Assembly (NCBI GenBank): GCA_964415205.1
Contig: CAYPZH010000002.1
Location: forward strand, 10,507-48,696
Direction of reading: 5' to 3'
Source: an uncultured Actinomycetota bacterium
Lineage (GTDB): Bacteria > Actinomycetota > Geothermincolia > Geothermincolales > RBG-13-55-18
Length of the DNA stretch: 38,190 nt
Part shown: piece by piece, positions 8,718 through 18,900 of the stretch
How the letters are laid out: each line of letters opens with the position of its first letter
Numbering within the stretch: the first letter of the stretch is position 1
Notes under the pieces: model-generated
Databases searched by the model: none
The model's input: only the letters and a program-made list of their open reading frames with translations
Told to the model about the DNA's origin: nothing
Made by a program: the position numbers and the translations under genes

Positions 8718-9596
8718 CTAGATGGCTTGAGGCGCCCGCTTGGGCACTCTCCTGCGCCACCATGCGAAGAACCTGGCCACGCCCAGCCCGGAGCGGGTGG
8801 CCAGGCGGGGGAAGAGGCGGCGGTAATGATAGATGATCCTGCTGGGCAAGCCCGGTATGACCAGGAATTTCCTGCGCGCGATGGCTTCCACCACCTGGTA
8901 GGCGACCTTGTGCGGTGACCCGCCCAGGCTCAACAGGAAGTTCTCCAGCAGCCGCGCTCCCCTGAAATGCAGGGGGAAATCCTTGAGGGTGGAGGTGTTC
9001 GCCAGCGGCGTTTTCACGTAACCCGGGCAGACCAGAGTGACGCCCACGCCGTTGTGCCTTAGATCGTAATAGAGCACTTCCGTGAGCCCGGTCACGGCGA
9101 ACTTGCTCGCGCAGTAGGCCGATTGCCCGGGGATGGGGATTATGCCGTCGATGGACCCTATGTTCACCACGTGGCCCGCTCCTCGCTCCGTTAAGGCCGG
9201 CAGGAAGGTCTCGATGACATTGATGGTGCCCATGAGGTTGACGTCGATGATGCGCTGCCATTCATCGTGCTCGGTGGCGGTGACGTGGGCGATGAGGGTG
9301 ATGCCGGCGCAGTTCACCAGGATGTCTGGGCTAATGCCCCGCGAATCCAGCTCGTCCCGGATCCGCCGCAGGTCTTCGATGCTGGTGACGTCGGCCTGGA
9401 AGCCGTAGCCCTCGTAGCCCTCGTCCTTCAGCCCTGCCAGCGCCTTGTCCAGGGAGGCCTGGTTCATGTCGAGGATGATGGGAACGGCGCCCTTGTTCGC
9501 GAGCCTGGCCGCGATGGCGAGGCCTATGCCGCTCGCCCCGCCCGTGACCAGGGCGTACCTGCCCTTGATATGGAATCTCTTTCTCATCGCATTCAC
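8718..9596 (-). CDS. Short-chain dehydrogenase/reductase (SDR) family oxidoreductase
   Basis: Carries the TGGASGIGLAIA Rossmann motif, NCAG, and the catalytic YCASKFAV (YxxxK). Confidence 0.85.
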   Translation of the reverse strand: MNAMRKRFHIKGRYALVTGGASGIGLAIAARLANKGAVPIILDMNQASLDKALAGLKDEGYEGYGFQADVTSIEDLRRIRDELDSRGISPDILVNCAGITLIAHVTATEHDEWQRIIDVNLMGTINVIETFLPALTERGAGHVVNIGSIDGIIPIPGQSAYCASKFAVTGLTEVLYYDLRHNGVGVTLVCPGYVKTPLANTSTLKDFPLHFRGARLLENFLLSLGGSPHKVAYQVVEAIARRKFLVIPGLPSRIIYHYRRLFPRLATRSGLGVARFFAWWRRRVPKRAPQAI

Positions 9597-9730
9597 CCGT
9601 CCACTTTATCACACCGTCCGAGCCAGCGTCATGATGTCCATCGCCAGCCGTGGTTCGCTGTATCTCGCCTGCGGTTCCCCAGTCGCACAGCGCCTCAGTC
9701 TTGAGAACCATGATAATTGATTTTAGAAAC

Positions 9731-9747
9731 ATTTGCAATATGCAAAT
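9731..9747. promoter_or_regulatory. Perfect palindrome ATTTGCA-ATA-TGCAAAT in a divergent intergenic region (candidate operator)
   Basis: The 7-3-7 inverted repeat can be read directly. It sits in the only AT-rich patch between the SDR gene (start 9596, minus) and the amidohydrolase gene (start 9931, plus). The cognate regulator is unknown. Confidence 0.35.
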
Positions 9748-9930
9748 AGTTAATGTCCGGCACGGCCCCGCGCAGGCGCTCACGCGTCCGCATCGGATAA
9801 CCGCGTGCCCTGCGTCTGCTATCATGTATTTGGCGGACTTGGCAAATCGGGACGGTGGATACGTTATCTCGATACCGGTCGCATATTTCGTCTGACCTGT
9901 CTGTTCTCATCGCGAGAGGAGGGAAAGCCC

Positions 9931-10887
9931 TTGCGTATCATCGACTGTCTGTGCAACCTGCCGACCAGGGAAGGCATCATCGATCAGATCACGGGGCTTC
10001 CGCCGCAGATGTCGGATTACCTCAGGCGCATCTACGGGCCGCGCGTCGCCCCCATGCTCGGCCTGACCCCCGAGGAGCTGGCGCGGGCCAAGGAGGAGAT
10101 GAGCGAGGAGGAGCTTTACCGCTTCCTGGAGCCGAGGATAGTGCCCATGGCCCAGACGGAGGAGCAGTTCCTGGCCATGCTGGACGAATGGGACGTGGAG
10201 GTGGCAGTTCTCTACAACATGGACGAGGAGACCACGGGTGGCGTCAAGGGGCTGAGCAACGATTATTTCGCCGAGGTGGTAAACCGCCATCCGCAGCGCC
10301 TGCGCTGCTTCTGTGGCATCGATCCCCACAAGGGTATGGATGCGGTGCGCGAGGTGGAACGCTGCGTCAAGGAGCTGGGCCTGCACGGCGTCGCCATGCG
10401 CCCCTTCGTGCAGCAGATACCCGCCGACCACCGCAGGTTCTACCCCATCTACGCCAAGTGCGCGGAGCTGGGGGTGCCGGTATGGCTGCACCAGTCGGTT
10501 AGTTTCGCCAGGCTCCCCATGTTCTTGGAGCACCCCTCCCACCTCGACCAGGTGGCACTGGACTTCCCCGAGCTGGTGCTCATAGCCGGACACGGCGGCT
10601 GGCCCTGGACAGCGGAGCTGGTGGCCGTGGCATGGCGGCACCCCAACGTGTACGTGGATTTCGCCTCCATGCGCCCCCGCTACGTGGGAAGGCAGAACAC
10701 CGGATGGGAGCCTCTGGTGGAATATGGCAACACCATCCTGGCCGACCGCATCGTCTTCGGCTCCACCTGGCTTTTCATGGGCATGAGCATACCGGAGATG
10801 GTGGAGGAGATAAAGCAGATGCCGCTGAGGGAAGGGGTGCTCGAGAAATGGCTATACGGGAACGCGGCGCGTCTGTTCGGCCTGTAG
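9931..10887 (+). CDS. Amidohydrolase_2-family metal-dependent hydrolase/decarboxylase (ACMSD/LigW-like)
   Basis: Lies in the frame of ORF 9805..10887. The likely start is TTG 9931, preceded by GAGGAGGGAAAG. LRIIDCLCN..., GVAMRPF, WLHQS and the IAGHGGWPW motif are typical of PF04909. Confidence 0.7.
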   Translation: MRIIDCLCNLPTREGIIDQITGLPPQMSDYLRRIYGPRVAPMLGLTPEELARAKEEMSEEELYRFLEPRIVPMAQTEEQFLAMLDEWDVEVAVLYNMDEETTGGVKGLSNDYFAEVVNRHPQRLRCFCGIDPHKGMDAVREVERCVKELGLHGVAMRPFVQQIPADHRRFYPIYAKCAELGVPVWLHQSVSFARLPMFLEHPSHLDQVALDFPELVLIAGHGGWPWTAELVAVAWRHPNVYVDFASMRPRYVGRQNTGWEPLVEYGNTILADRIVFGSTWLFMGMSIPEMVEEIKQMPLREGVLEKWLYGNAARLFGL

Positions 10888-11027
10888 GGGTTCAAGAACA
10901 GCGCGGGGTTGTTTGCATCGCGAAAGCGATTGCGACATCCGAAGGATGGCGCAACGGTGTCCAGCGCCTTAATGCTTCCGAGCGTTAAGGCCTGGCACGC
11001 ATACGTACTCTTTATGAGGAGGTGGGT

Positions 11028-12086
11028 ATGTTAACCAAGTATATGGAAGAGGATAAGCGCATGACGGCGAAGGAGGCGGTGGAGCGTTTCATCGGCGACG
11101 GCGATTCCATGGTCATCGCCAACTGCCTCTATGGCACACCGTACGCCCTGATCCACGAGGTGATCCGGCAGGGGAAGAAAGGCCTCACCGTGTTCCAGCA
11201 GGGCGGCATAGACGAGATCGACCTGCTGATACTCGGAGGTTGCGTGAGCAAGCTCCTGATCGCCTACAACTTCCGCATAGCGGGCGAGCGCATAGAGACG
11301 GTGCTGGAGAGGGCGCTGCGCCGGGGCGAGGTGGAGATAGAGGACTACTCCAACTACACTCTACTGGCCATGCTGCAGGCGGGGGCCATGGGCTACCCCT
11401 TCCTGCCGGTGATGTCGGGCATCAGGGAGAGCGACGTCTGCCGCGTGGAGCGGTTCTGCGCGGGACAGAAGTTCGGAGAGGTGGAGTGCCCGTTCACGGG
11501 GGAGAAAGTGGTGGTGGTGCGAGGGCGAAACCCTGACGTCGCCGTGGTGCACGTGCAGAGGGCGGACAAGTCCGGCAACGCCCAGCTCTGGGGGGCTCTC
11601 ATCAACACCAAGTGGGCCTGCCTCGCCTCGGACCGGGTCATCGTCTCCTGCGAGCAGATCGTGGACGAGGAAGTCGTGTGCAGCTCCCCCCACCTAACCG
11701 TGGTCCCGGGTTTCCGGGTGTGCGCGGTGGTGGAGGAGCCCTGGGGCGCCCATCCCTCCGAGCTGCTCGGCTTCTATGACTACGACATGATCTACCGCAG
11801 CCTCCTCTTCATGCAGACCATGAGCGAGGAGGGGGGCAAGGCTTTCATGGACGAATGGGTCTACGGGACGGAGGACCGCCAGTCCTACCTGCAGCACTAC
11901 GCGGACCGCTTCGGGCTCAAGTACCTGAACGAGCTCAAAGCAAAACCCTATCTGAGCGTCCCCGCCGATTACGGCGCGTCGTGGCGCCGCGCCTGGGACG
12001 ATAACGACGTGAGCTTCAACTTCCAGATGACCCGCGGCGAGTTCCTCCAGGCACTGGAGGAGAAGGGGGGGTTCGTCAATGGTTAA
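11028..12086 (+). CDS. CoA-transferase subunit A (glutaconate CoA-transferase GctA-like, family I)
   Basis: ATG 11028 follows GAGGAGG. The N-terminus ...KEAVERFIGDGDSMVIAN... and the length resemble GctA/AtoD-type alpha subunits. The gene overlaps the B subunit gene by 8 nt (ATGGTTAA). Confidence 0.75.
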   Translation: MLTKYMEEDKRMTAKEAVERFIGDGDSMVIANCLYGTPYALIHEVIRQGKKGLTVFQQGGIDEIDLLILGGCVSKLLIAYNFRIAGERIETVLERALRRGEVEIEDYSNYTLLAMLQAGAMGYPFLPVMSGIRESDVCRVERFCAGQKFGEVECPFTGEKVVVVRGRNPDVAVVHVQRADKSGNAQLWGALINTKWACLASDRVIVSCEQIVDEEVVCSSPHLTVVPGFRVCAVVEEPWGAHPSELLGFYDYDMIYRSLLFMQTMSEEGGKAFMDEWVYGTEDRQSYLQHYADRFGLKYLNELKAKPYLSVPADYGASWRRAWDDNDVSFNFQMTRGEFLQALEEKGGFVNG

Positions 12087-12897
12087 GTACACCGAGGCCG
12101 AGATAATCGTGGCCAATGCCGCTCGGGAGATAGAGGACGGGGACATCGTGGTCATAGGGCAGGGCATCCCCATGGCTGCGGGGGTGCTGGCCAAGGCCAC
12201 CCACGCCCCCCATTGCGTCATCCTCACCGAGGCGGGGATGGTTAATATCAAGCCTTTCCGCAACCTCCTGCACATAGCCGACCCCACCTGCACGCGCGGC
12301 TTCGCGTATTCCTGCGACATGATCGACGTCTTCACCACCATCGTCAACCGCGGCCTGGTGGACGTGACCTTCCTGGGCGTGGGGCAGATAGACCGCTTCG
12401 GGAACATGAACTCCACCGTGTTCGGCGACTACGACGACTTCCGCATGCGCATGATGGGAGCCGGGGGAGCGCCGGAGTTCTTCGGCTATGCCCGCAAGGC
12501 CGTGCTCACCATGCGCGGGGGCAAGTTCGTGGAGAAGGTGGACTACGTGTCCTCGCCCGGTTACCTCGACGGCGGCGACGCCAGGGAAAAGGCCGGCTTC
12601 CCGCCGGGGAGCGGCCCCAAGGTGGTCTACAGCACCATGGGGGTCTTTCACTTCGACGAGGAGAGCAAGGAGATGTTCCTCTACGGCGTCTTTCCCGGCC
12701 ACGACGTCGAGGAGATCAAGGCCGAGGTCCCCTGGGACCTAAAGATGGCGGACGACCTCAAGGAGCTGCCGCCGCCCACCCGGGAGGAAGTTGACCTGAT
12801 AAGGGAGTTCGCGCCCGAGATATCAGCGGGGCGCAGGCTGCAGGTGGAGCTTTCCATCCCGCGTATATTCGACATCCTGGCCACCCGCTCGGCTTAG
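12079..12897 (+). CDS. CoA-transferase subunit B (GctB/AtoA-like)
   Basis: 272 aa with AAREIEDGDIVVIGQGIP. ILTEAGM lies where family I transferases carry the catalytic Glu (the SENG-type motif). Confidence 0.75.
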   Translation: MVKYTEAEIIVANAAREIEDGDIVVIGQGIPMAAGVLAKATHAPHCVILTEAGMVNIKPFRNLLHIADPTCTRGFAYSCDMIDVFTTIVNRGLVDVTFLGVGQIDRFGNMNSTVFGDYDDFRMRMMGAGGAPEFFGYARKAVLTMRGGKFVEKVDYVSSPGYLDGGDAREKAGFPPGSGPKVVYSTMGVFHFDEESKEMFLYGVFPGHDVEEIKAEVPWDLKMADDLKELPPPTREEVDLIREFAPEISAGRRLQVELSIPRIFDILATRSA

Positions 12898-13078
12898 CCG
12901 GCCGTATCCGCCGCGGGCATGGCTGTGGTAGTCCGTGTATGGCCCCTGACGTCTGCTGCCGGCGTTACGACCGCCGGGATATGGGGAAAATACTATACAT
13001 CCATAGATCCGGCGGACGGCACGGGATGAAATGCAGGGGGGGCGCAATGCGCCTGCGATCTGAAGTGGAGGTTGACCC

Positions 13079-14599
13079 ATGAACGTAGGCATGCTCGGGG
13101 AACAGCACCTGGAAAGGGTGGGAGAGGTCGTATCCATGGTCTTCGAGGGGCGGGAGATCACCAACGTGGAGACGAGGGAGAAGTCCGCCCGTTTCGCCAA
13201 CGCCCTGAGTGGGTTGGGTATCGAAACCGATGACGTGGTGGCAGTGAGCATGTCCAACTGCCCCGAGGTCTTCGAGGCCTTCGGTGGTATCTACGCCATA
13301 GGGGGTACGGCGCTGCCCATCCTCTTCGTCCTCTCCGCGGACGAGTGCCGCTATATCCTCGAGGACTCGGAGGCGGTGGCGGTGGTCACCGACAGCATCC
13401 TCCTCGCCAAGATGCTGGAGGCGGCGGAAGGGCTGGAGAACCTGCGCCAAATCATCGTGGTGGGGGGAGAGGACTCGGAGCGCACCCTTTCCTACGAGAG
13501 ACTGCTGGCTGAGTCCTCCCCGGAGTTCGAGATGGTCGACAGGGACGCCGACGACGTCGCCATCCTCATGTACACATCGGGGACCACCGGCAAGCCCAAG
13601 GGGGTCATGCTGACCCACGAGAACCTCATCACCGCGGCCGAGAGCGCTTACCTCGCCAACGAGGTGACCAGGGCGCCTATAACCCTGGTGTGCCTGCCCA
13701 TGGCCCATATCTACGGCGTCGGCGCCATGAACTCGGGGAACTTCTGCGAGTTCCCGGAGGGAAAGGCCATCCTCATGCGCTGGTTCGATCCCGAGGAGTG
13801 CCTGCGCCTCATAGAGAAGTACCGGGTTAACTTCTTTCCCGCCGTCCCGACCATGTACTCCATGATCCTCAACCACCCCAACGCAAACGCCTACGATACC
13901 AGTTCCCTGGACGACTGCATCGCGGGGGCGTCGCCGCTGCCCCTGGAACTGCGGCGCGAGTTCATGGCCAGGTTCGGCTGCGGCATGCGCCAGCTCTACG
14001 GCATGACGGAGACCGCGGGCATGGGAGCCGTGCTGCGGCCCAGCCAGGAGTGGAGGGACGGGTCGACGGGGAAGGCCTATCCAAACATGGAGCTGGCCAT
14101 CTTCGACGAGGACGACAAACCCCTGCCTCCCCGCCAGGTCGGGGAGATAGTCATCCGGGGGCCGCAGGTGATGAAAGGTTACTTCAAGCGGCCGCAGGAG
14201 ACAAAGGAAGCGCTGCGCGGAGGATGGATGCACAGCGGCGATATAGGGTACCTCGACGAGGACGGGTACCTCTACATCACCGACCGCTTGAAGGACATCA
14301 TCATCAAGGGCGGCGAGAACATCATGCCCATGCAGATAGAGGAGGTCATCTACACCCATCCCGCTGTGGCCGAGGCGGCGGTCATCGGCATCCCGGACAA
14401 GACCTACGGCGAGGACATCGTGGCCTACGTCGCCCTGAAGCTCGGCGCAGAAGCCTCGGCCGGGGAGATCCTGGAGTTCTGTCGCGAGCGCCTGCCCGCG
14501 TTCAAGCAGCCCCGCGAGGTGCGGCTGCTGGAGACCCTTCCCAAGAGCTCCATCGGCAAGATACTCAAGCGGGAGCTGCGCAGCCAGTACAAGGCCTGA
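13079..14599 (+). CDS. Acyl-CoA synthetase (AMP-forming, class I adenylate-forming)
   Basis: GGAGG lies 8 nt before ATG 13079. Motifs present are YTSGTTGKPKGVMLTH, YGMTET, SGDIGYLDEDGY, DRLKDIIIKGGENI and PKSSIGKILKREL. Confidence 0.85.
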   Translation: MNVGMLGEQHLERVGEVVSMVFEGREITNVETREKSARFANALSGLGIETDDVVAVSMSNCPEVFEAFGGIYAIGGTALPILFVLSADECRYILEDSEAVAVVTDSILLAKMLEAAEGLENLRQIIVVGGEDSERTLSYERLLAESSPEFEMVDRDADDVAILMYTSGTTGKPKGVMLTHENLITAAESAYLANEVTRAPITLVCLPMAHIYGVGAMNSGNFCEFPEGKAILMRWFDPEECLRLIEKYRVNFFPAVPTMYSMILNHPNANAYDTSSLDDCIAGASPLPLELRREFMARFGCGMRQLYGMTETAGMGAVLRPSQEWRDGSTGKAYPNMELAIFDEDDKPLPPRQVGEIVIRGPQVMKGYFKRPQETKEALRGGWMHSGDIGYLDEDGYLYITDRLKDIIIKGGENIMPMQIEEVIYTHPAVAEAAVIGIPDKTYGEDIVAYVALKLGAEASAGEILEFCRERLPAFKQPREVRLLETLPKSSIGKILKRELRSQYKA

Positions 14600-14664
14600 A
14601 GATGCGACGACGTATGGGGACCTGCTGGAGGGACAGCAGTTCATCGGAAAACAGGAGGTAGGCC

Positions 14665-15141
14665 GTGAGGTGCCTGGTCGTTTACCACACGAAGTTCGGG
14701 AACTGCCTCAGGATCGCCGAGAGCCTCGCCCGAGGGTTCAGTGAGGCGGGGTTGGAGGTGGAGGTGGTCCCTGCGGAAACGCGCAAGGTCACGAGCGAGG
14801 TCGATCTCATCGCGGTGGGAGCGGGGACACGCATGGGCCGGATGACCGGGGGCATCAAGCGTTTCATCCGGCGCGAGATAAAGAGTAAGACCTGGAACGG
14901 AAAGCCGTTCCTGGCTTTCGGGACAGGGGTGAGGCCGGAGGGCAACGGGAGCAAGTACGACGCGTGGAGCGTCAGGGGCGCCGAGAGGATATATGAGGCA
15001 CTGGAGGCAAGGGGGCTGAAACCGATAAGCGGTGCGGCCAAGTTCTACGTCGCGGAGATGAAGGGCCCCCTGGAGGAGGGCATGGAAGAACAGGCCTTCC
15101 AGCTCGGCCTGGAGACGGGCAAGTCCCTGCTGTCTGGATAG
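14665..15141 (+). CDS. Flavodoxin-like protein
   Basis: GTG 14665 lies 6 nt after AGGAGG. The N-terminus (M)RCLVVYHTKFGNCLRIAE and the ~158-aa length are typical of flavodoxin_5-type proteins. Confidence 0.6.
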   Translation: MRCLVVYHTKFGNCLRIAESLARGFSEAGLEVEVVPAETRKVTSEVDLIAVGAGTRMGRMTGGIKRFIRREIKSKTWNGKPFLAFGTGVRPEGNGSKYDAWSVRGAERIYEALEARGLKPISGAAKFYVAEMKGPLEEGMEEQAFQLGLETGKSLLSG

Positions 15142-15155
15142 CCCGCATTCGCGAG

Positions 15156-15234
15156 CAGCTCAATTCATAGAGCCCTTGACCTGGGCTATGGGCCTCACCC
15201 AAAAAGAACAGCGCCTTTCGAGCCGGATGTGGGC
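15156..15234 (+). repeat. Partial, degenerate copy (3' blocks only) of the island repeat family
   Basis: Shares cagctcaa...catagag and the 18-nt core agaacagcgcctttcgag (15205-15222) followed by c.ggatg.gggc with the copies at 24978-25160 and 27319-27505. It lies exactly at the junction between the metabolic block and the island. Confidence 0.45.
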
Positions 15235-15271
15235 TTCATTGAAAAGGGTTCTTTATCGCATGCCGGGCTCT

Positions 15272-15866
<595 letters not shown>

Positions 15867-15917
15867 TTAAGCTGCTTATATTTTATCATCTCAGCATGAC
15901 ACGACGAGAAACCAGGA

Positions 15918-18900
15918 CTAGCCGTGTTCGAGACGTGCCAATGCTTCTCGAGTGCGGGTGAGCCAGTAGGAGTCGGGGATAACTGCCATCTCGAGCAAGA
16001 GTTCTTCTGCCTTGTGAAGGCTCTCAAGGGCTTCTTCCTTTTGGCCGGCCAGCTCGAAGACCTCGCCGAGGAAAAGAAAGCCCAAAGCCGAGATCGGCTT
16101 CGACAACATCTCCTCGGCCATGGAGATCCCGCGCCGGATTTGCTCCGATGCTTCTCGCAACCGAGAGGGCGCTTCTTCTCCCCCCGCCCTCCCCAGGGCT
16201 ACTAAAGCCATCGCCTCAAAGAACACCGCCCCGTGCTCACGCGCCAGCCTCAAGGCCTCTTCCGCATGCGCCCTTGCTCTGCCGGGTTCCCCTGCTCCGA
16301 GGTCAACCAGGGACAATGCCCATGAAGAAAACGGCAATATGATTGGTACACCGCTTTCTTCATTTACCTCGCTGCCCTTCTCGATATCCTTTCTGGCGGT
16401 TTCGTAATCGCCGAGGAAGAAACGGCCCAGCCCCAACCAAAGCATCGCGGTGCCCAGGAGGAACTTCACCCCCGAATCCTCGTAGCGTTCGATGGCCCTG
16501 CTCGCGTGATGGACCAGGCCATCCGCGTCCCCTTCGGGGAACGCAACGAGGCAGTATGTTTGGTCGATGTATCCGGCTCCGAAGACCTCACCGATCTCAA
16601 GGGTATGCTCGAGCCCTTTCTCCAGCACCGCCTTTGCCTCCTCGAATTCCCCCATCATCCCCAGGGCCTGGCCGCACCATGCGCACTGATCGCTGTATAC
16701 GGTCCATGGCCCCACTTTGAGCTCTTTTTCCAGGTGCTTCTCCTCCAGCACCTCGATGACCCTGCGGGCGATCATGGCGACCTCAAGGAAATCTCCCGAG
16801 AAGAACAGGGAGCTGCAAATGTCGAAAGCGGCCAGGGACATAAATCTGATGTCCCCGGCCTTCTCGGCGGTGTCGAAGCATTTCCATGAGTATTCCACAC
16901 CCAGCGATACGTCTCCCCTCAGGGTGTGGAAGAGGGAGAACCTGCTGTAAACGGCGACCAGGCTGCCCTTGTCCCCGAGTTCCTCGGCGAGCCTTTCCGC
17001 CTCCTCGAGGAAACCGATGCTGCCCTCGGGAAAGCCCAGGAAGAAGGCGGGGTCCAGGATGGAGATGAGGATATCCAGCCTGGCTCGCTTGGTATCCTTG
17101 CTCTGCGGCTGGGAGTCGAGTATGCGTATGGCCTCCTCGTAGAGGCGGATGGCCTCCCAGTTGGCGTAATCGTGCGTCGCCTTGTCCCCGGAGAGCCTGA
17201 GATAGCGTATGGCCTTCTCCGTGTTCTCGCTCCTGGAATAGTGGTGGGCTAGGGCCTCGTAGAAGTCCTCCAGGCGGTCGGCGTAGAGCCCCTCTATCGC
17301 CAGGCCTGTCCTCTCGTGCAGCTCCCTCCTTCTCTTGAGCGGGAGGCTCTCGTAGGCCACCTCCTGGGTAAGGGCATGCTTGAAGATGTATTCCGGCTCG
17401 GGGAATAGGCTCTTCTCGTAGATGAACTCCTGGGACTGCAGGGCGTGGAGGGTGGACTTTAAGACCTTACCCAGGCCGGTGACCTCCTCCAGCAGGCGCA
17501 GGGAGAACTCCCTCCCGATGACCGCGGCGAGCTGCAGGACCTCCTTCTCTTCCTCGGGCAGGCGGTCCAGGCGGGAGGCGATGATGCCCTGCACGCTGTC
17601 CGGCACCCTGATCCGCGAGGGCTCGGCGGAGAAGGCGTAGCGCCCGCCCTCCTTCGCGATGGAGCCCGACTCCAGAAGGGAGCGGGTGAGCTCCTCGATG
17701 AAGAGGGGATTGCCGGCGGCCTTCTCGGTGATGAAGTCCGAGATCTCGCGGGATACCTCGCCCTCCGCGAGGATCCCTTCCACCAGCATGGTACTCATGC
17801 CCTCAAGGAGGCTCTCCACCCTTACCTGGCTGTAGAGGGTCCTGCTGGTCCAGGCAGGGGTGTAATCGGGGCGGTAAAGAAGTAGGAGGAGAATGGAGGC
17901 TGTGGGCATGCTCTCCATGAGATAGGAGAGGAAGTCCTCGCTCGTCTTGTCCATCCAGTGCAGGTCCTCCACCGAGACTATCAGGGGCCTCTTGCGGGAT
18001 TCGGCTACGAGCAGGTGGCGGATGGCATCGAAGGCCCTCTCCCTTCGTTGGGCGGGCTCCAGGGCGAGGTAGGATTCGTCGTCCACGGGAAGGGAGAGCA
18101 AATCCTCGAGGGGCGGGAGGATGTGGGAGAGCTGGCCGTCCAGGGGGGCCAGCCCTTCCTCCAGCTTGCGTTTGCTCGCCTCCTCGTCCTCTCCCTCTGC
18201 GATATCGAAGTAGGACCGCAGGATGTCCAGGATGGGGAGGTAGGCGATGGCCTCCCCGTAATGGACGCAGCCCCCTTCCAGGTAGGTGTATTCGCCTTCG
18301 GGGAGGGCCTTCCTGAACTCGAGCAGCAGGCGGGACTTGCCCATGCCGGGCTCACCCACCACCCCCACCACCTGGCCGGAGCCCTCTCTTACCCTCTCGT
18401 ATGCGTGGGCGAGGTGCTCCAGCTCCCTCTCCCGGCCCACGAAGGGGGAAAGGCCGCGGGCGAGGGAGGCGGATATCCTGGTCCTGGCCGGACCCGGCGA
18501 GATGAGGTTCCAGGCCGGCCGCTTTCTTCCCTCCACCTCCACCTCACTGACTTGAGCGAACTCGAAGTATCCCTCCGCCGGGCGGAGGGTGGTCTCGGAC
18601 ACGAGGACCTCTCCCGGTCCGGCGGCGCTTTTCATCTGCGAGGCCAGGTTCACCGTATCCCCCAGGGGGGTGTAGGACATGGAGAGGTCATCCCCTACGC
18701 CCTCCACCTTGATTAGGCCGGTGTTAGCCCCCGCGCGCAGGGTGAGCTCCATCCCCTTTGGCTTGAGTCTCTTTTCGTATTCGGAAAGGCGCCTCACTAT
18801 CGCCAGCGCCGCATAGAGTGCTCTCTGGGGGTCGTCCTCGTGGGCCAGGGGGGCTCCGAAGATGGCGGTGAGGCCGCCGCCTGCGAGCTGGGCTATGGTG

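Noticed and set aside
12965-14644. 559-aa minus-strand ORF opposite the acyl-CoA ligase. Similar long shadow ORFs occur at 27577-29154 (+), 31266-32798 (+), 33696-34694 (+), 946-2049 (-) and 35924-36739 (-).
   Set aside because: All lie antisense to genes with clear family motifs, lack RBS and motif support, and show the Arg/Gly/Pro/Ala bias expected from the wrong frame of GC-rich DNA.
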